NCBI GenBank assembly: GCA_030264375.1
Contig: JASCQW010000168.1
Location: 12,622,197 to 12,686,196 of the forward strand
Length of the DNA: 64,000 nt
Reading direction: 5' to 3'
Origin: Carcharhinus longimanus
Taxonomy: Eukaryota
Positions 27,497-39,885 of this stretch are shown piece after piece. The position numbers were made by a program, and so were the translations under genes. How positions within the stretch are numbered: the stretch's first letter is position 1; each line of letters begins with the position of its first letter. The notes beneath the pieces were generated by a model. The model worked only from the letters and a program-made list of their open reading frames with translations. It searched no databases and was not told the origin of the DNA.

Positions 27497-27850
27497 TGGG
27501 CAGAATTCTCCCCAAAAAATTCTAAGTGTCAAATTTGTATGAAAACTGGAGTGATTAATACTGTTTTTTTCCAATGGGAATTCAGAGGAGAACCTTTCAC
27601 ATTCTGCACTGCAGAGGCCACCTGCGTGAATATCATTACATTTCTGGAGAGACTGAAATTGGCAATGTTGAGTGGGTACTACACATGCGCCAATTTGTCA
27701 GTGCTGAGATCGGCGCATGCACAGTGGCCCACACTGATGGTCCCCAGATTGCTGGCCAGACTGGAACTCCCACAATTCCAGATCTCCGTCCCCCACATGA
27801 CCCGATTGCTGGCCCTCCCAACCATTCCCGGGCCCAGCCCCGACAACATA
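27497..27850. mobile_element. Fragment of a GC-rich non-autonomous DNA transposon
   Basis: Starts with TIR-like gggcagaattctcc; internal acatgcgc..gcgcatgc palindromic motifs; related ends at 26675-26830, 28520-28822, 37840-37912, 58410-58500, 61010-61130. Confidence 0.45.
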
Positions 27851-27914
27851 ATCCTTCAAATAGTACCATGGGATCGTTCACGTTCAATACAGCAGAGAGC
27901 CTCAATTGAATGAT

Positions 27915-28060
27915 TCCTCTGAAAGACAGCAACTTTGACGGTGCAGCACCCTCTCATTACTGCACTGAAGTGTCCAGCTAGATTGTGTGCTCAGGTCCCT
28001 GGAATAGAACTTCAACCTATGACCAGTGAATGAAGAGGCAAGACATCTCAGTCAAGGCTA
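27915..28060 (-). mobile_element. DeuSINE (SacSINE1-like) 5' fragment
   Basis: ctgaaagacagca...gtgcagcac...tactgcactgaagtgtc...gtgctcaggtc matches the longer copy at 36730-37122. Confidence 0.55.
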
Positions 28061-30114
28061 AACGAACTACGTGAAGTTACATGGCATGAAGTTAGTGGAA
28101 ATGAAAAACAGTGAAAATGGGAGTAGTTTGGAACGCCACCACAGCTTGGCAATGTGACTACAAACCTCTGAAATAGCATCTTGTGGAAAAACCTCCAGGT
28201 GGATCAATGTGAAAAGTCAGGAAAAAAAACTTTTGCAACAAATTCACAGTTGTGCTATATCAACTCTAAACTGGGTCAGCAAAGCCACTGGCATTTATTT
28301 TTGTCAGCCTATGTTTGTTACAGAATGAAAGATAAAGAAGGAAAAGGAGAAATGAGAACAGTGAAAGGAAATGTGCTAACGTCAAATAGAAGATAGAGTG
28401 AACAATAATAAGACAAAGAGAAAGCAGCAGAAAAGTGGCTACAGGGAGGGAATATTTTGCCACAGGAAACTGAGAAGTTATATGTGGAAAATGACCAAAT
28501 TGTATCAAAATAAACAGACAATGGCCAGAATTTCACCATCCCACGGGAATCAGAGTGGGCGAGGGGTGAACAATGGAGAGGTCCAGGACAATGGAGAGGT
28601 GGGAGTTTACAGTTTTGGGACAAGCGAGGCCGCAAAATCCCACCCAACATGTCAAGATCCTCCTGGCAAAGCTGTTGAGTGTTGAATTGAGTATATATTT
28701 GGAATTTTCCGGCCATTCATACTGGCAGGATTCTCTGGTCCTGGAGATTTGGCTGATTGCCACATTCCCCTTCCTCGCTTACGGTAGCAGCAGGGCGTGA
28801 ACGGTTGAAAAATTCCGGCCTACATGAATATTAAAGAATATATATACTGAAACTCATGCTATTTTCATTAAAATTTGGATCTTTTGTCTGGATCTCAGTG
28901 CGTTAAATCAAAAGGAGGAATGAAATGTCCAAAAGAGTGGCAACGATAATAGATCTGAAGAAGCAGCTGTTACAATGAATCCAGGTATGTGGATGCAGGT
29001 ACTGAACATATTGTCAGCTCACATGCTTTAATCACCATAGATACAAGGTGAGTCATTAGCATTTCTGACACAGAATGAATAGAATATTGATCTGATTGTA
29101 AGTGTAGCTGAAGAAAAGTGATTTAACTCCTTCACTGACATGCATATTTAAATTATAGTTATACACTATTTAATGCAATGCTACTTAAAAAGTCTTCTTG
29201 AACCACATGACAGGTTCAATATTGATTGCATGATAACGCAGACAAAAGGTAGGTTAATAATCCGTGGTCAGATGACAACCAAAATGAGCTTTCAGTGTTG
29301 ATGAATGTATTTATTCCATACTCCTTATATGTTGGAAATGAATAAAACATTTTTCACATAACTCATTCATAACTGAAACGAGAAAGGTGAGCAAAGCCCT
29401 CAGAAGTCCTCCTGTAATGGTGTTGACAGGAAAGGTTATGGAAATCATTTAAAAAGTAATCAAAATGTCACGAAATTAAAGTATATTGAGACGTGCCAAA
29501 GTCATAGTCAACCAAAAGGCCCTACTTTCAAAGACCAATTTTATTTTAAACTATTATATAGATTCATTTTGAAACATTTATTTAGGATGGAGACTTTGAC
29601 ATGAATGTCAAGTATTTGGATCCTTTCCAAACATTGCAGGACAAATGGAAAATAGGTCCAAATCAGAAATTCAGAAGCAACTTCTTTGCTTGAAGAATGG
29701 TTACAATCTGGAGCTCACTACCAAAAAAGACACTGAAGGAGAAACCAGAAAAAGACATGAGGGAGAAAGGAATATAAGGCTATGTAAATAGGGTGAGTTG
29801 AAGAGTGATGAGAGGAAGCTCCTAGACACAAGCCAAGGTAATAACATGGAATTAAGAATACAATTTTAAAATAGAGAACTAACAAGAATGAGTTTCATCT
29901 CCGTAATACCGCAAATCAAACAGATACGATTAGTGACATCCAATCGTATGTTAGTTAGTTCTCCCAGATTACCATTGGTTTGGGGCCCTGCTGTAAAATT
30001 CAGTCAGGAGTGGGATGGGATTTCGAAGAAGGTGGCAGCTTCTTTAGTGTGTGCAAAAGGGGGACAGATTAGGCAAATCATGCCATGTGCCAAACTCCAG
30101 TATACCCATAGAAA

Positions 30115-30348
30115 TGATGTGGAAATGCCAATGTTGGACTGGGCTAAACACAGTAAGAAGTCTCATAACACCAGGTTAGAGTCCAACAGGTTTATTTGAT
30201 AGCAAAAGCCACTAGCTTTCACAGTGCTGCTCCTTTGTCAGGTAAGTGGGAGACGAAAGAGCAGCGCTCCGTAAGCTAGTGGCTTTCACTATCACATAGA
30301 CTTGTTGGACCTTTTACTTGGTGTTGTAAGACTTCTTACTGTGTTTAT
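30115..30348. mobile_element. Penelope-like element terminal remnant arranged as an inverted repeat, flanked by a 9-bp TSD
   Basis: Arms 30145-30239 and 30252-30347 are reverse complements; CCATAGAAA at 30106-30114 and 30349-30357; decayed CTGANGA-stem-GAAA motif in each arm. Confidence 0.75.
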
Positions 30349-30402
30349 CCATAGAAAGCCAGAGACCTCTGGTGGACCTGCTATCAGGATCTGCTGATTT
30401 AA

Positions 30403-31075
30403 TTTTTTTTTATTCATTGTGGGACATGGGCACCACTAGCTAGCTAACATTTATTGCCCATCCCTGGTTGCCTTGGGACTGCAGTTGAGCATCAACCACA
30501 TGGCTGTGCCTCTGGAGTCAGACAAGGACAGCAGATTTCCTTGCCTAAAGGACATTAGTGAACCAGATGGGTTTTTTCAACAATTGACAACGGTTTCATG
30601 GTCATCAACAGATTCCTAATTCCAGATAATTTTTACTGAATTCAAATTCCACCAGCTGCCGAGGCAGGATTCAAGCTGGGTCCCCAGAACATTAGCTGAG
30701 TTTCTGGATTAATTTATTTTATTCATTCGTGGGACATGGAAGTCGCTGGCTGACCAGATTTATTGCCCATCGCTAGTTGCCCTTGGAGGGCAGCTGACAT
30801 TCAACCACATTGCTGTGGCTCTGAAGTTACATGTAGGCCAGACCAGGTAAGGCCGACAGGTTTCCTTCCCTAAAAGCCAATAGTGAACCAGATGGGTTTT
30901 TCTGACGATTGACAATAGTTTCATCGTCACCAGTAGATTCTTAACTCCAGATTTTTTTTATTGAATTCAAATTCCACCATCCACCATGGCGGGATTCAAA
31001 CCCAGGTCCTTAGAACATTCGTTGAGTTTCTGCATTAATAGTCTAGCGATAATACCACTAGGCTTTTGCCTCCCC
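30403..31075 (-). mobile_element. Head-to-tail dimer of a second tRNA-derived SINE family (copies ~30403-30712 and ~30713-31075)
   Basis: Minus-strand head gcctagtggtattatcgctagac...gggtttgaatcccgcc (A and B boxes); conserved body aacccatctggttcacta; tail gggcaataaa...cccacgaatgaataaaa. Confidence 0.8.
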
Positions 31076-31579
31076 TGTCAATTTGCAAGTTGATTTGACA
31101 TTTGAAAGGCCTTTCTTGTAATTTTACCTGTTTTTTCAGTGTCCACATTCTTATATCTGAGAATTCACCTTGGCAGGCATTGTTTGTGAACTTGCGTTCG
31201 CCTAACAGTATCTGTGCCAGCAGATTCCTGATGGTATAACAATGAGATGTGAATGCTTCTACGCTTTCAATGGTGCTGTGCACAATGAAACATGCCAGGA
31301 TGATCAGGAGCTGGCATTAGCTATTTGGTTGCACTTGCCAAGATGTCAACATTATCAGCATTGCAGGTCACTTAAACATGATCAAGCCAAATGAGAAGAG
31401 GGCTGGAATCAGCAGACATTATTAAAGATAATCTTTTTACCTGCATTTGTTGGGCCAGGGAAACAGGAATGCTCATCTCTGGCCTGGACTCTATGCCACA
31501 CCCTTCCACAATTCCTGAATATCCACAACCTGGCCACCAATCTCTATTGGCAAGCAATACGTTTGTGAGGCTGGGTGAA

Positions 31580-31885
31580 GGTGGCCCAGTGGTTTGATTC
31601 CGGTCTTGGGTGACTGTTATTGTGGAGTCTGCACCATCTCCCCATGTCTGTGTGGGTTTCCTGCGGGTGCTCCTGTTTCCTCCCACAGTTTTAAGATATG
31701 GAGATTAGGTGGATTGGCCTTGCTAAATTGCCCCTTAGCATCCTTGAAGATGTATGGGTTGGGGGCATTAGTGGGGTAAATACATAGGATTGCAGGGATA
31801 GGGCCTGTGGCTTGCCCAGTCGGAGAGCTGGTGCATGCTCAATGGGCTGAATGGCCTCCTTTTGCACTGCAGCGATTCTATGACT
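31580..31885 (+). mobile_element. HE1-like SINE
   Basis: V-domain tctccccatgtctgtgtgggtttcc and tail atgggctgaatggcctccttttgcactgcagcgattctatga. Confidence 0.8.
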
Positions 31886-32969
31886 CCAATGATTAAAGTC
31901 TTTGTGGTCTCTGTTGCTGAATGTGAAATCCCACTGAAAAACAGCAGTTTCCGATTGGAAACCCACTCACAGTTAAAATCAGCCCCACAAAATTTATTAG
32001 GAGGGGAAGACGGATGGAGCACACAGTGCGAGAAAGTGACGAAGGAGGAAAGAACAGAGAGGACAGTGTTTTAGGAGCTGAGATGTAAGAGGAATGACGA
32101 GTCCAATCATATTTGGATCAGTAAAGGAAAGAGAGAAGAACGACTGTGACAGAGAATGCAGTTTAAACTTGAAGGTGACAGACTGATGACCCATCAGTCA
32201 TAAAATGTTTCATCGAGTTCAGAAAAGCGAAAACAATGCTGTAAGTATGCCCCCACCCTATCCAAGCCCACACCACCCACCCTGCTTCCCCCTCACCCCC
32301 CTCCTCATCCCCAACACAGAAGTGAGAGAAATCCCCAGTGGTTTATAACTTTATAAAGAGCTAATTTACCAAGGACACAAAAAAAGACTGTTTATCATCA
32401 AAGTGAAGACCAAGTTTCTTTTGAGTTGATTCTTGACACAGGAGTTCCATCTGAGATCAGAGTTTGTGAAGCCCATAAACAAAGGAAGACCAAAAATTGA
32501 GTCATCAAAGACAAGGTTGGGCTTTTATCTTCATGAGCTGAAAGCAACAAGCTTATCACTGCCCCAAAGGGCATGGAAAAGATCAGTATGTAGTGATTCA
32601 CTCTTTATATAACAAGGCAAATGGAGGTTGTGTTCACTGAATATGCAAGCTTAAAACTGTGATGAATGTAGAGTAAAATTATTAGCAAAGGAAAGGCTAA
32701 GATTCAGTTGTTGTAGATGCTGTGTTAGATCCAATTGTAGCTTTAACCCTACAAAAAACATTTGTTCTGATTCACAAGTGAAGAGGTTTGAAAAGGAGGT
32801 TTTATTTTTACATATCCGACTCAGCCCCCTTTCCCTCCAGTTTCTCTGCTGGTTTTTTGAAGGTACTGTGCTTTTTCTTTAAGCAAGCCCATTAAACAGT
32901 AGACCCCAGTGATGCCCCCTCGCTTGTAATGCAAAACACTGAGTCTGAAGTGTATTTAATAACAACACA

Positions 32970-33350
32970 GAACTACATACAAATTACAGCACAGAAACAG
33001 GTCATTAAACTCAACAAGCAGTGCTGGTGTCAATGCTCCACATTAGCCTCCTCCCACCCACTTCATTTAACTCCATCAGCATTAGCAATTATTCCTTGCT
33101 CCCTCGCGTATTTATCCAGCTTCCCCTTAACTGCAGCTATGCTGGCCATCTCAACTACTTGTGGTAACAAGTTCCGCAGTCTGACCACCTTCTAGGTGAG
33201 GATGTTTCTCCTGAATGCCCTTTTGGAGGACTTGGCGACAATTATATATTTAGGAACACTTGTTTTGGACTCCCCACAAACGTGGAAATATTGTCTCCAC
33301 ATCTATCCCATCAAACGCCTTCATAATTCTAAAGACCCCTGTTAGAGCAC
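32970..33350 (-). mobile_element. Old CR1-like 3' fragment
   Basis: acagcacagaaacaggtcatt...tttatccagcttcccctt...gtttctcctgaat...ccttcataatt, typical reverse CR1 3' end. Confidence 0.55.
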
Positions 33351-33557
33351 TCCTCACCCCTCCCTATTGGAAAGATAAAGTGGGGGTCCAGGAGGCAGGG
33401 AAGAGATTGCTATAGTGCAATAAGTTACCAGTTTCCAAACAGCAGCATTTTCAATACCACCCCATCACTGTCTTATCGGGTTTGTTGAAAAGCAAGGCTG
33501 TCTGAACCTTTTCTTGTTCCTTGTCACCAATGCAATGACTCAGGAAGCCCTGAGCTT

Positions 33558-34735
33558 AAAAGAACAAAGAACAAAGAAAAGTACAGCACAGGAATAGGCC
33601 CTTTGGCCCCCCCAAGCTTGTGTCGATCATGATGCCCTAACTAAAAAAACCATCTGCCCTTACTCGATCCATATCCCTCTATTTCTTCCACATTCATGGA
33701 TCCATCCAGGTGCCGCTTAAAATATTACTAATGTGCCTGCTTCCACCACATCCTCTGGCAGCACATACCAGGCACCCATCACTCTCTGCATGAAAAACCT
33801 GCCCCACACATCTCCCTTAAAATTTCTCCCTGCGCCTCGAACCTGTAATTGACACTTCCACCCTTGGAAAAAGCCTCTGATTATCCACCCTGTCCATGCC
33901 TCTCATAATTTTGTAGACCCCTATCAGGTTTTCCCTCAGCCTCCATCTTTCTAGTGAAAACAATCCTAGTTTAATCAACCTCTCCTCACAGCCAACACCC
34001 TCAAGCCCATTTGGTGAACATTCTTTGCACTCTTTCCAAAGCTTCCACGTCCTTCTGATAGTGTGGTAACCAAAACTGCATGCAATGCTCCAAAGGCAGC
34101 CTAACCAAGGTTTTATATAGCTGCAACATGATTTCCCAACTCCTGTACTCAATGCCCCAATTAATGACGGTAAACATGCCATATGCCTTCTTAGTCACCT
34201 TGGTGACCTGTGTTGCCAATTTTAGGGAAATGTGGACCTGCATGCCCAGATCCCTCTGTATTTTAATGTTCCTAAGGGTTTTGCCATTTGCAGTACAATT
34301 CATACCTAAATTTGATCCCCCAAAATGCATCACCTTGCATTTGTCCAGATTAAACTCCATCTGCCACTCTGTGCCCAAGTCTCCAATCTATCTATATACT
34401 GTTGTATCCTCTGACAATCCTCAGCACAATCAGCAACTCCACCAATCTTCGTGTCATCTGCAAACTTACCAATCAGACCACCCATATTTTCCTCCAGATC
34501 ATTTATATATGCTACAAACAACAAAGATCCCAGCAGTGATCCCTGCAGAGCACCACTAGCTACAGATCTCCATTCTGAAAAACACCCTTCCACCACCACT
34601 CTCTGTTGTCTAATAACCAAGCCAGTTCTGTGTCCATCCGACCAACCTACCCCGAATCCCATGCGATTTTATTTTTTGTACCAGTCTGCTATGTGGGACC
34701 TTGTCAAACACCTTACTAAAGTTCACATGAACCAC
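33558..34735 (-). mobile_element. CR1/HER1-like LINE, 5'-truncated and frameshifted (RT C-terminal half plus 3' UTR)
   Basis: ORFs give FSKVFDKVPHSRL, SGALQGSLLGSLLFVAYINDL..IGKFADDTK (catalytic FADD), WQMEFNLDKCKVMHFG, LGLFSLERWRLR; tandem tail (aaagaac)n at ~33558-33578. Confidence 0.95.
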
Positions 34736-34744
34736 ATAAAAAGG

Positions 34745-34975
34745 AACATAGTTTATTACAGAAAACAAATTAAAACCAATGCCATGGTGTACACAGAATA
34801 GTGCCTGCCTGGGACTCCAGTGTAGCAGGTCCAGTCCTGGGCCTGCCTTATAAAGGGCCCAGGTAATGAATTCAAGCTGGGCAGACCATTGCCTGTTACC
34901 AGGAGAACTCATAGTCAATAAGCCCTACAGGCAGATCAATCACTGATCCCCATGGACCTGATGGGGATTATCACA
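34745..34975 (-). mobile_element. Possible LTR fragment adjoining the CR1 copy
   Basis: Minus strand begins TGTGATAATCCCC and contains TTATAA and AATAAA; weak evidence only. Confidence 0.3.
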
Positions 34976-35974
34976 GTCATGTCAGTCCACTGAAACACAA
35001 CTTTGCCAGATTAAAAGATACCTTTGAAATTAAGTATACAGCAAACGAGAAACACATGCTTTCAGGTTCACGACTGCTTAAAGGTGAAACGGAAGAGGTG
35101 AGGTTGTCTTCTGGTAGATTCATATTGGCAAGAGCTGCTTTTCTTATATGAGAAGCTTTGCTGGGCCAGCAGAGAGGAAGCACTGATATATTAAGATCAG
35201 TTGGATGCTGTGAAAAGGGTAACTGACTGAGGGAGGTGGCAGCCCCATAAAAGCTCCTGAGGACAGGAGGAGGAAGCTGGATGGTAGTCAATGCCAGCGT
35301 ACATTTGGAGAGGCATGATTGTGTGGAATATCAAGGGTTATCCAGAGAAAGTCAATGGTGAGATCCTGAGAGCACAGAGTAACAAAGGGCAGGTAAAGAA
35401 TGATGGAAGGGTCAAGGATAATGAACAACAGCTCAAGAGTATTGGAAAGCAATTCCAGTGTGCCAAGAGGGGTCACGGTGGTGATGAGGGGAATCCCTGG
35501 GGTAAACTATGGTTAGTCAGGAATAATAAAAGGTGGGTTGAGGCAGAGCAAGGGTGGTGGAGGACGTGCTAAACAGGCCCATTACATCAGTATTCCAGAT
35601 GGAGGCCCCTGCAAGATCACAAAATGTCACTGTGTAAGTGCCAGTGGAACCAGGGATTACAAACTCCTCACAAAGAGCCAGCCTAAGCTGTTGGATGACA
35701 AAGAGTGGTTACCTGTCTGAGTACTGTTCAAACGTGGCGCCCAGATCTTTAACGCTGTGAGGTAATGGCATGACCAGTGACTTTCTGCTTGTCCCCTTTG
35801 CATGGCTGGCCTGGGCCGTCGGCTCTGCATAGTTGGTTGACTGCTGTGTGATTTGATTTTTTCAATGGATGGGAGGCTGGTTGTGATTGTGTGTAGCCAA
35901 CTGCTCCATATCTGATAGAAGTGCAGCCATCAGGACCTCGACACAAGATGATTATTCTGCTTTCAGGTTCACAG

Positions 35975-36290
35975 AGTTTATTCTCTTGTGGGAGGTGGAC
36001 GTTGCTGGCAAGCATTTGTTCCTGTTGCCAGTTGCCCTTGGTCTAACAGACCTTTCAAGTGGTAGTTAATCATATTGCTGTGGATCTGGGGTCACATGTA
36101 AGCCAGTCCAGGTAAGGATGAGATTTTGTCCCCTAACGGGCATTGGAGAACCAGATGACAATTGATCATATTTGTCAAGGTTACCATTATTGAAACTACC
36201 TTTACATTCTAGATTTATTAAGTTTAAATTCCACCAGCTGCCATATGAACCTACGTCCCTGGATTACAAGTCTCTTGTCACTGTGCCATC
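35975..36290 (-). mobile_element. Diverged copy of the second tRNA-SINE family
   Basis: cattgctgtgg..ctggggtcacatgtaagccag..caggtaagga..gaaccagatg..aaattccaccagctgcca shared with 30403-31075. Confidence 0.7.
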
Positions 36291-36729
36291 TTCTCATGGT
36301 CACATAGTCCTGCCTCTGTGGATCAACCAGCATCGATGGAACAAACAAGACGTCAATGTCTTTAGCAGATTAGTCAAGGGGAGAAAACTGATTTGCCCTG
36401 GAGTCCTCCTGACTATTGCGTATTGCGCAATAGTCCTGACCCCAGCCTTCTGCGTCAATAGGCTGATTCACTGCCTCAGGTGCATAAGATGCACAGAAGA
36501 ATCCAAGTTTGGGTGGACCAGTTGCTCTCAGCTGAGTAGCTATAGGGTTGCAAGAATTGTCCCTGGGGATGAAACATTTGAACTGAGGGGTGGGGTGATA
36601 GTGAAAGTCTGTCATTGTTGATGCTCTTTGCAATGTCCAATGGTTCAGCACTGGCCAGAAATTTCCTGATTAGGTTTGGAAGCAATTTTTCCTACAATCC
36701 AAAACTAATTGCTCAACTCACACATGGAA

Positions 36730-37122
36730 TTGTCATGACCTTGGGATGTCCCAAAGCTTTACAGCCAATGAAGCACACTTGAAGTACAGTCACTGTTACA
36801 ATGTTGGAAACCTGGCAATCAATTGGTACGTGCCACGTTCCCACAAACAGCAATGTGATAATGGCCACAAAACCTGTTATTTAAAAAAAAATGATGTTGA
36901 TTGAAGGATAAATATTGGGGTGAACTCTTCAAAATAGCATTTGGGATCTTTCACCGAAGAGAGCAGATGGAGTTTTCGTTCCAACTGAAAGAACAGAACC
37001 TCCAACAGTCCAGCACACTCTCAGCGCTGCACTGCAGTGTCATCCTGGGTTCTTGAGCTGAAGTGATTTCAACCCACAATCTTCTGACTCTGGGGAGTGC
37101 TCCCAACAGAGCCATAAGTGGC
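36730..37122 (-). mobile_element. DeuSINE (SacSINE1-like), near full length
   Basis: gatgtcccaaagc..acagccaatgaag..agtcactgtt..cccacaaacagcaatgtgataatg..ggataaatattgg..ctgcactgcagtgtca..aacccacaatcttctgactc, recalled Deu-domain SINE pattern. Confidence 0.7.
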
Positions 37123-39564
37123 ACCTGAGCAAGAAAACCAAAATCTCCAGAACAAAAGGAAGTGGAAAGATTAACTGACAACAACAAAATTCTAGCAAAT
37201 GTAAATTTCATCCTCTTCCTTTGTTTTTCAAATTCACTTCTGTAAACAGAAAAATATAAATTGGGTGGCAGACAGTGGCAAATAACTCACAAAAATTAAT
37301 GAATATAGAACATCTTTTAATCATCTACCCACCATAGTTACGCTGCAGCACGTGAAATATTTCCACGCTCAGAAAACCCCTGCACCACAGAATTGCTGTC
37401 ATGTTTCTGAAATTATATCTTATTTATTCATTTAAAAGGTGAAATAGTCAACATTGCAAATCATCTACACTCTCTATACATTTGCAGAACAGATATATTA
37501 CACAGAAATAAGTTAAACCTGGATTTCATGTCACACCTGAAAGAAAATCAGGAAATCGATCACCAAGGTGAAATGTTTGTGTATATCTCGCCACTTCTCG
37601 AAAGGCACACCAATCCCTTGTTATATATCATTTTGTCTCCTTACTGCTACAGAGCCACTTTCCTGCTCTTACCAGTTTGTGAGACAGAATGTGTACTAGG
37701 TATGCACATCATACCAGTTGTGTAGCAATGGAAGCTGATAATAATGATGCTGCAATTTTCACTGAAGTCTAACTTAGTTAAAACATTGAATCTGCATTCA
37801 CACTGCCTTTGATCCAAACTGTCTGAAATAAAACCCACTGACTGGAATTTTACCGCCTTGCCCGCCCCGGAGTACGAGCCTTGCCCGTGCGAGGTTGTAA
37901 AATACCGGCCCTTGTCTTGAATCTTGGAAATGCCTAGAAACACACGAGAGACAATAGAATCCTGGAACTGAACAGTGACCAGATTCCAATTCTACATCAA
38001 TCTCTTCCAGCTCAATTGATAAATGCATTTTCAAGATTAAAATAAATGTTCGATAAGTTCAAATACCAAAAGAAATGTCCTGCTTTTGCTTCTGGGTTCA
38101 TTTGTGAAATGTGCCAAACAACAGTTTCCTTCATATTACTGTGAGGCCCATTCTTGGTCTTTCTCCAACTTACTCATCCGCATGTTGGAGCTCGTGATGT
38201 AAAATCAGCGCATGCAGATCATCAGCTAGGGGAGAAGCCTAATTATCTCTTTGTTCCTCATTCATCCAAGCTGAACAATCTTTCACTCTCAGCTGTCCAT
38301 CAACCAAGCCCAGTCCGACAATTGTTGTTTGGAGAGGTCCCAGTGGCCACAAGGCTTCCACGTCCAATGCCTGGGGCTTTTAAGTGGAGCTTACCCTGTA
38401 CCTGGACAATTTGGCATGTGATCAATTATGCATTAAAGCTAATTAAATGAGGCCCACAAAAGGCTCCTGTCCCCTGACATTCCCCCCCTCCCCACTGCCA
38501 CATACCTTCTTTCTAAAGCATTCATTGAGAAAATAGTGATGATGGAATTCAGGTGTAGAAAGTCCAATGTTCAATTTTATGATTGAGAACAAGTAGTGCC
38601 AATGGGCCCTCAGAACCCTTCGTTTTAATAACGTTCTTTCACTTATTCTGAACGTTGAAATTGGCTGCTTCTCCTTTTAAAAAAAATCCCTTTCTTTCCA
38701 ATCACTGCAGAGCAAAAGGAAAGCAAGAGGAAATGGGGCTAAATTACAGCCCTGGGCACATCCCACTGCTGGGCAGCACTGGAGTCTCCAAGAGACACAA
38801 GAACTGCCAAAAGCCACAGGTGAAGGCAAGGCACACCCCAAATGGCGCCAGGCTACACAAGGACTTTCGCTGATTTGTAGATTATCATAAATATCACTCA
38901 TAGAACAAAAATAAACAGTCCAAACAAGACTAAATCCCCTGAAGGAATCAGCAGCATTCCTAGCCAAATGATAATCAGCATATGTTGGATACTATTATGG
39001 AGAAGAAACATTAATCTTTTTATTTGCAATAATTCTGCAGGGCAGAGGGTAAACTTTTAGTACTTAACACATTTAAATAAGCTTGGCTGCAAATTTCCAA
39101 ACCAAGTTGTCTCAAGGGTCCAAGGGTTCCCCTAGGGGATTTTCACAATAACTTCATCGTGGTGTTAATGTAAGCCTCCTTGTGACACTAAGCAATAAAC
39201 TTTAAAATCATTAACTCTCAATTTCAAGCAAGTTACACATATTTTCCTCCCATCATTTGGATGGCATTTTGATCAGCACAGCAAAATCAAATACCTAGAA
39301 CCTAACTCACGCCAGGGATACCTCCAACCAGAGGAAACTGCTTTGGAAATGGAATCTTAACTGTCCCTTACACTCAGTTATTGTCACTGGGAAAGATGTG
39401 TCGATTCTGTCTTAGCAGTTTGCATCGCTGAAGGAAAGTTCGAATAACAGTATCCATCCACCCGGAACAAACATCCCTCAGCAGCAGATCATGAAATGAC
39501 ACTGTTGGAAAATCAATCCTCATCCTGCCCTAGAGCCCAAACAGGAAGTATAGGAGAGGTAAAA

Positions 39565-39885
39565 TAACAAAAGAACTTGCATTTTCAGTGTGCCTATTGT
39601 CCCAAGGGCTTCAGATCCATTAAATACTTTTGTGTAGTCACTGATGGAATGAAGAAAAATTAAGGCAGTCAAGTTGTGCAAAACAAACAGCAATGAGCTA
39701 AATGGCCAGAAAGTCTGTTTTAGAGATATTGATTGAGATAGAAATATTGGCCAGTCAAAAAATCACCAAAAAGAATCATCCTGCTCCTCTTCAAATAGTG
39801 TCATAAGATCCATATTCACCTTTAACCTTTTGTATGAAATCCTGCAGCTCTGATAGAGCAGCACTCCTACAGTATTGCATTTCTG
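39565..39885 (-). mobile_element. DeuSINE (SacSINE1-like) diverged copy
   Basis: acaaacagcaatgag..aatattggccag..cctgctcctcttcaaatagtgtca..gcagcactcctacagtattgca parallels 36730-37122. Confidence 0.55.

Noticed and set aside
34080-34801. Plus-strand ORFs of 116-159 aa
   Set aside because: Antisense shadows of the CR1 RT fragment.
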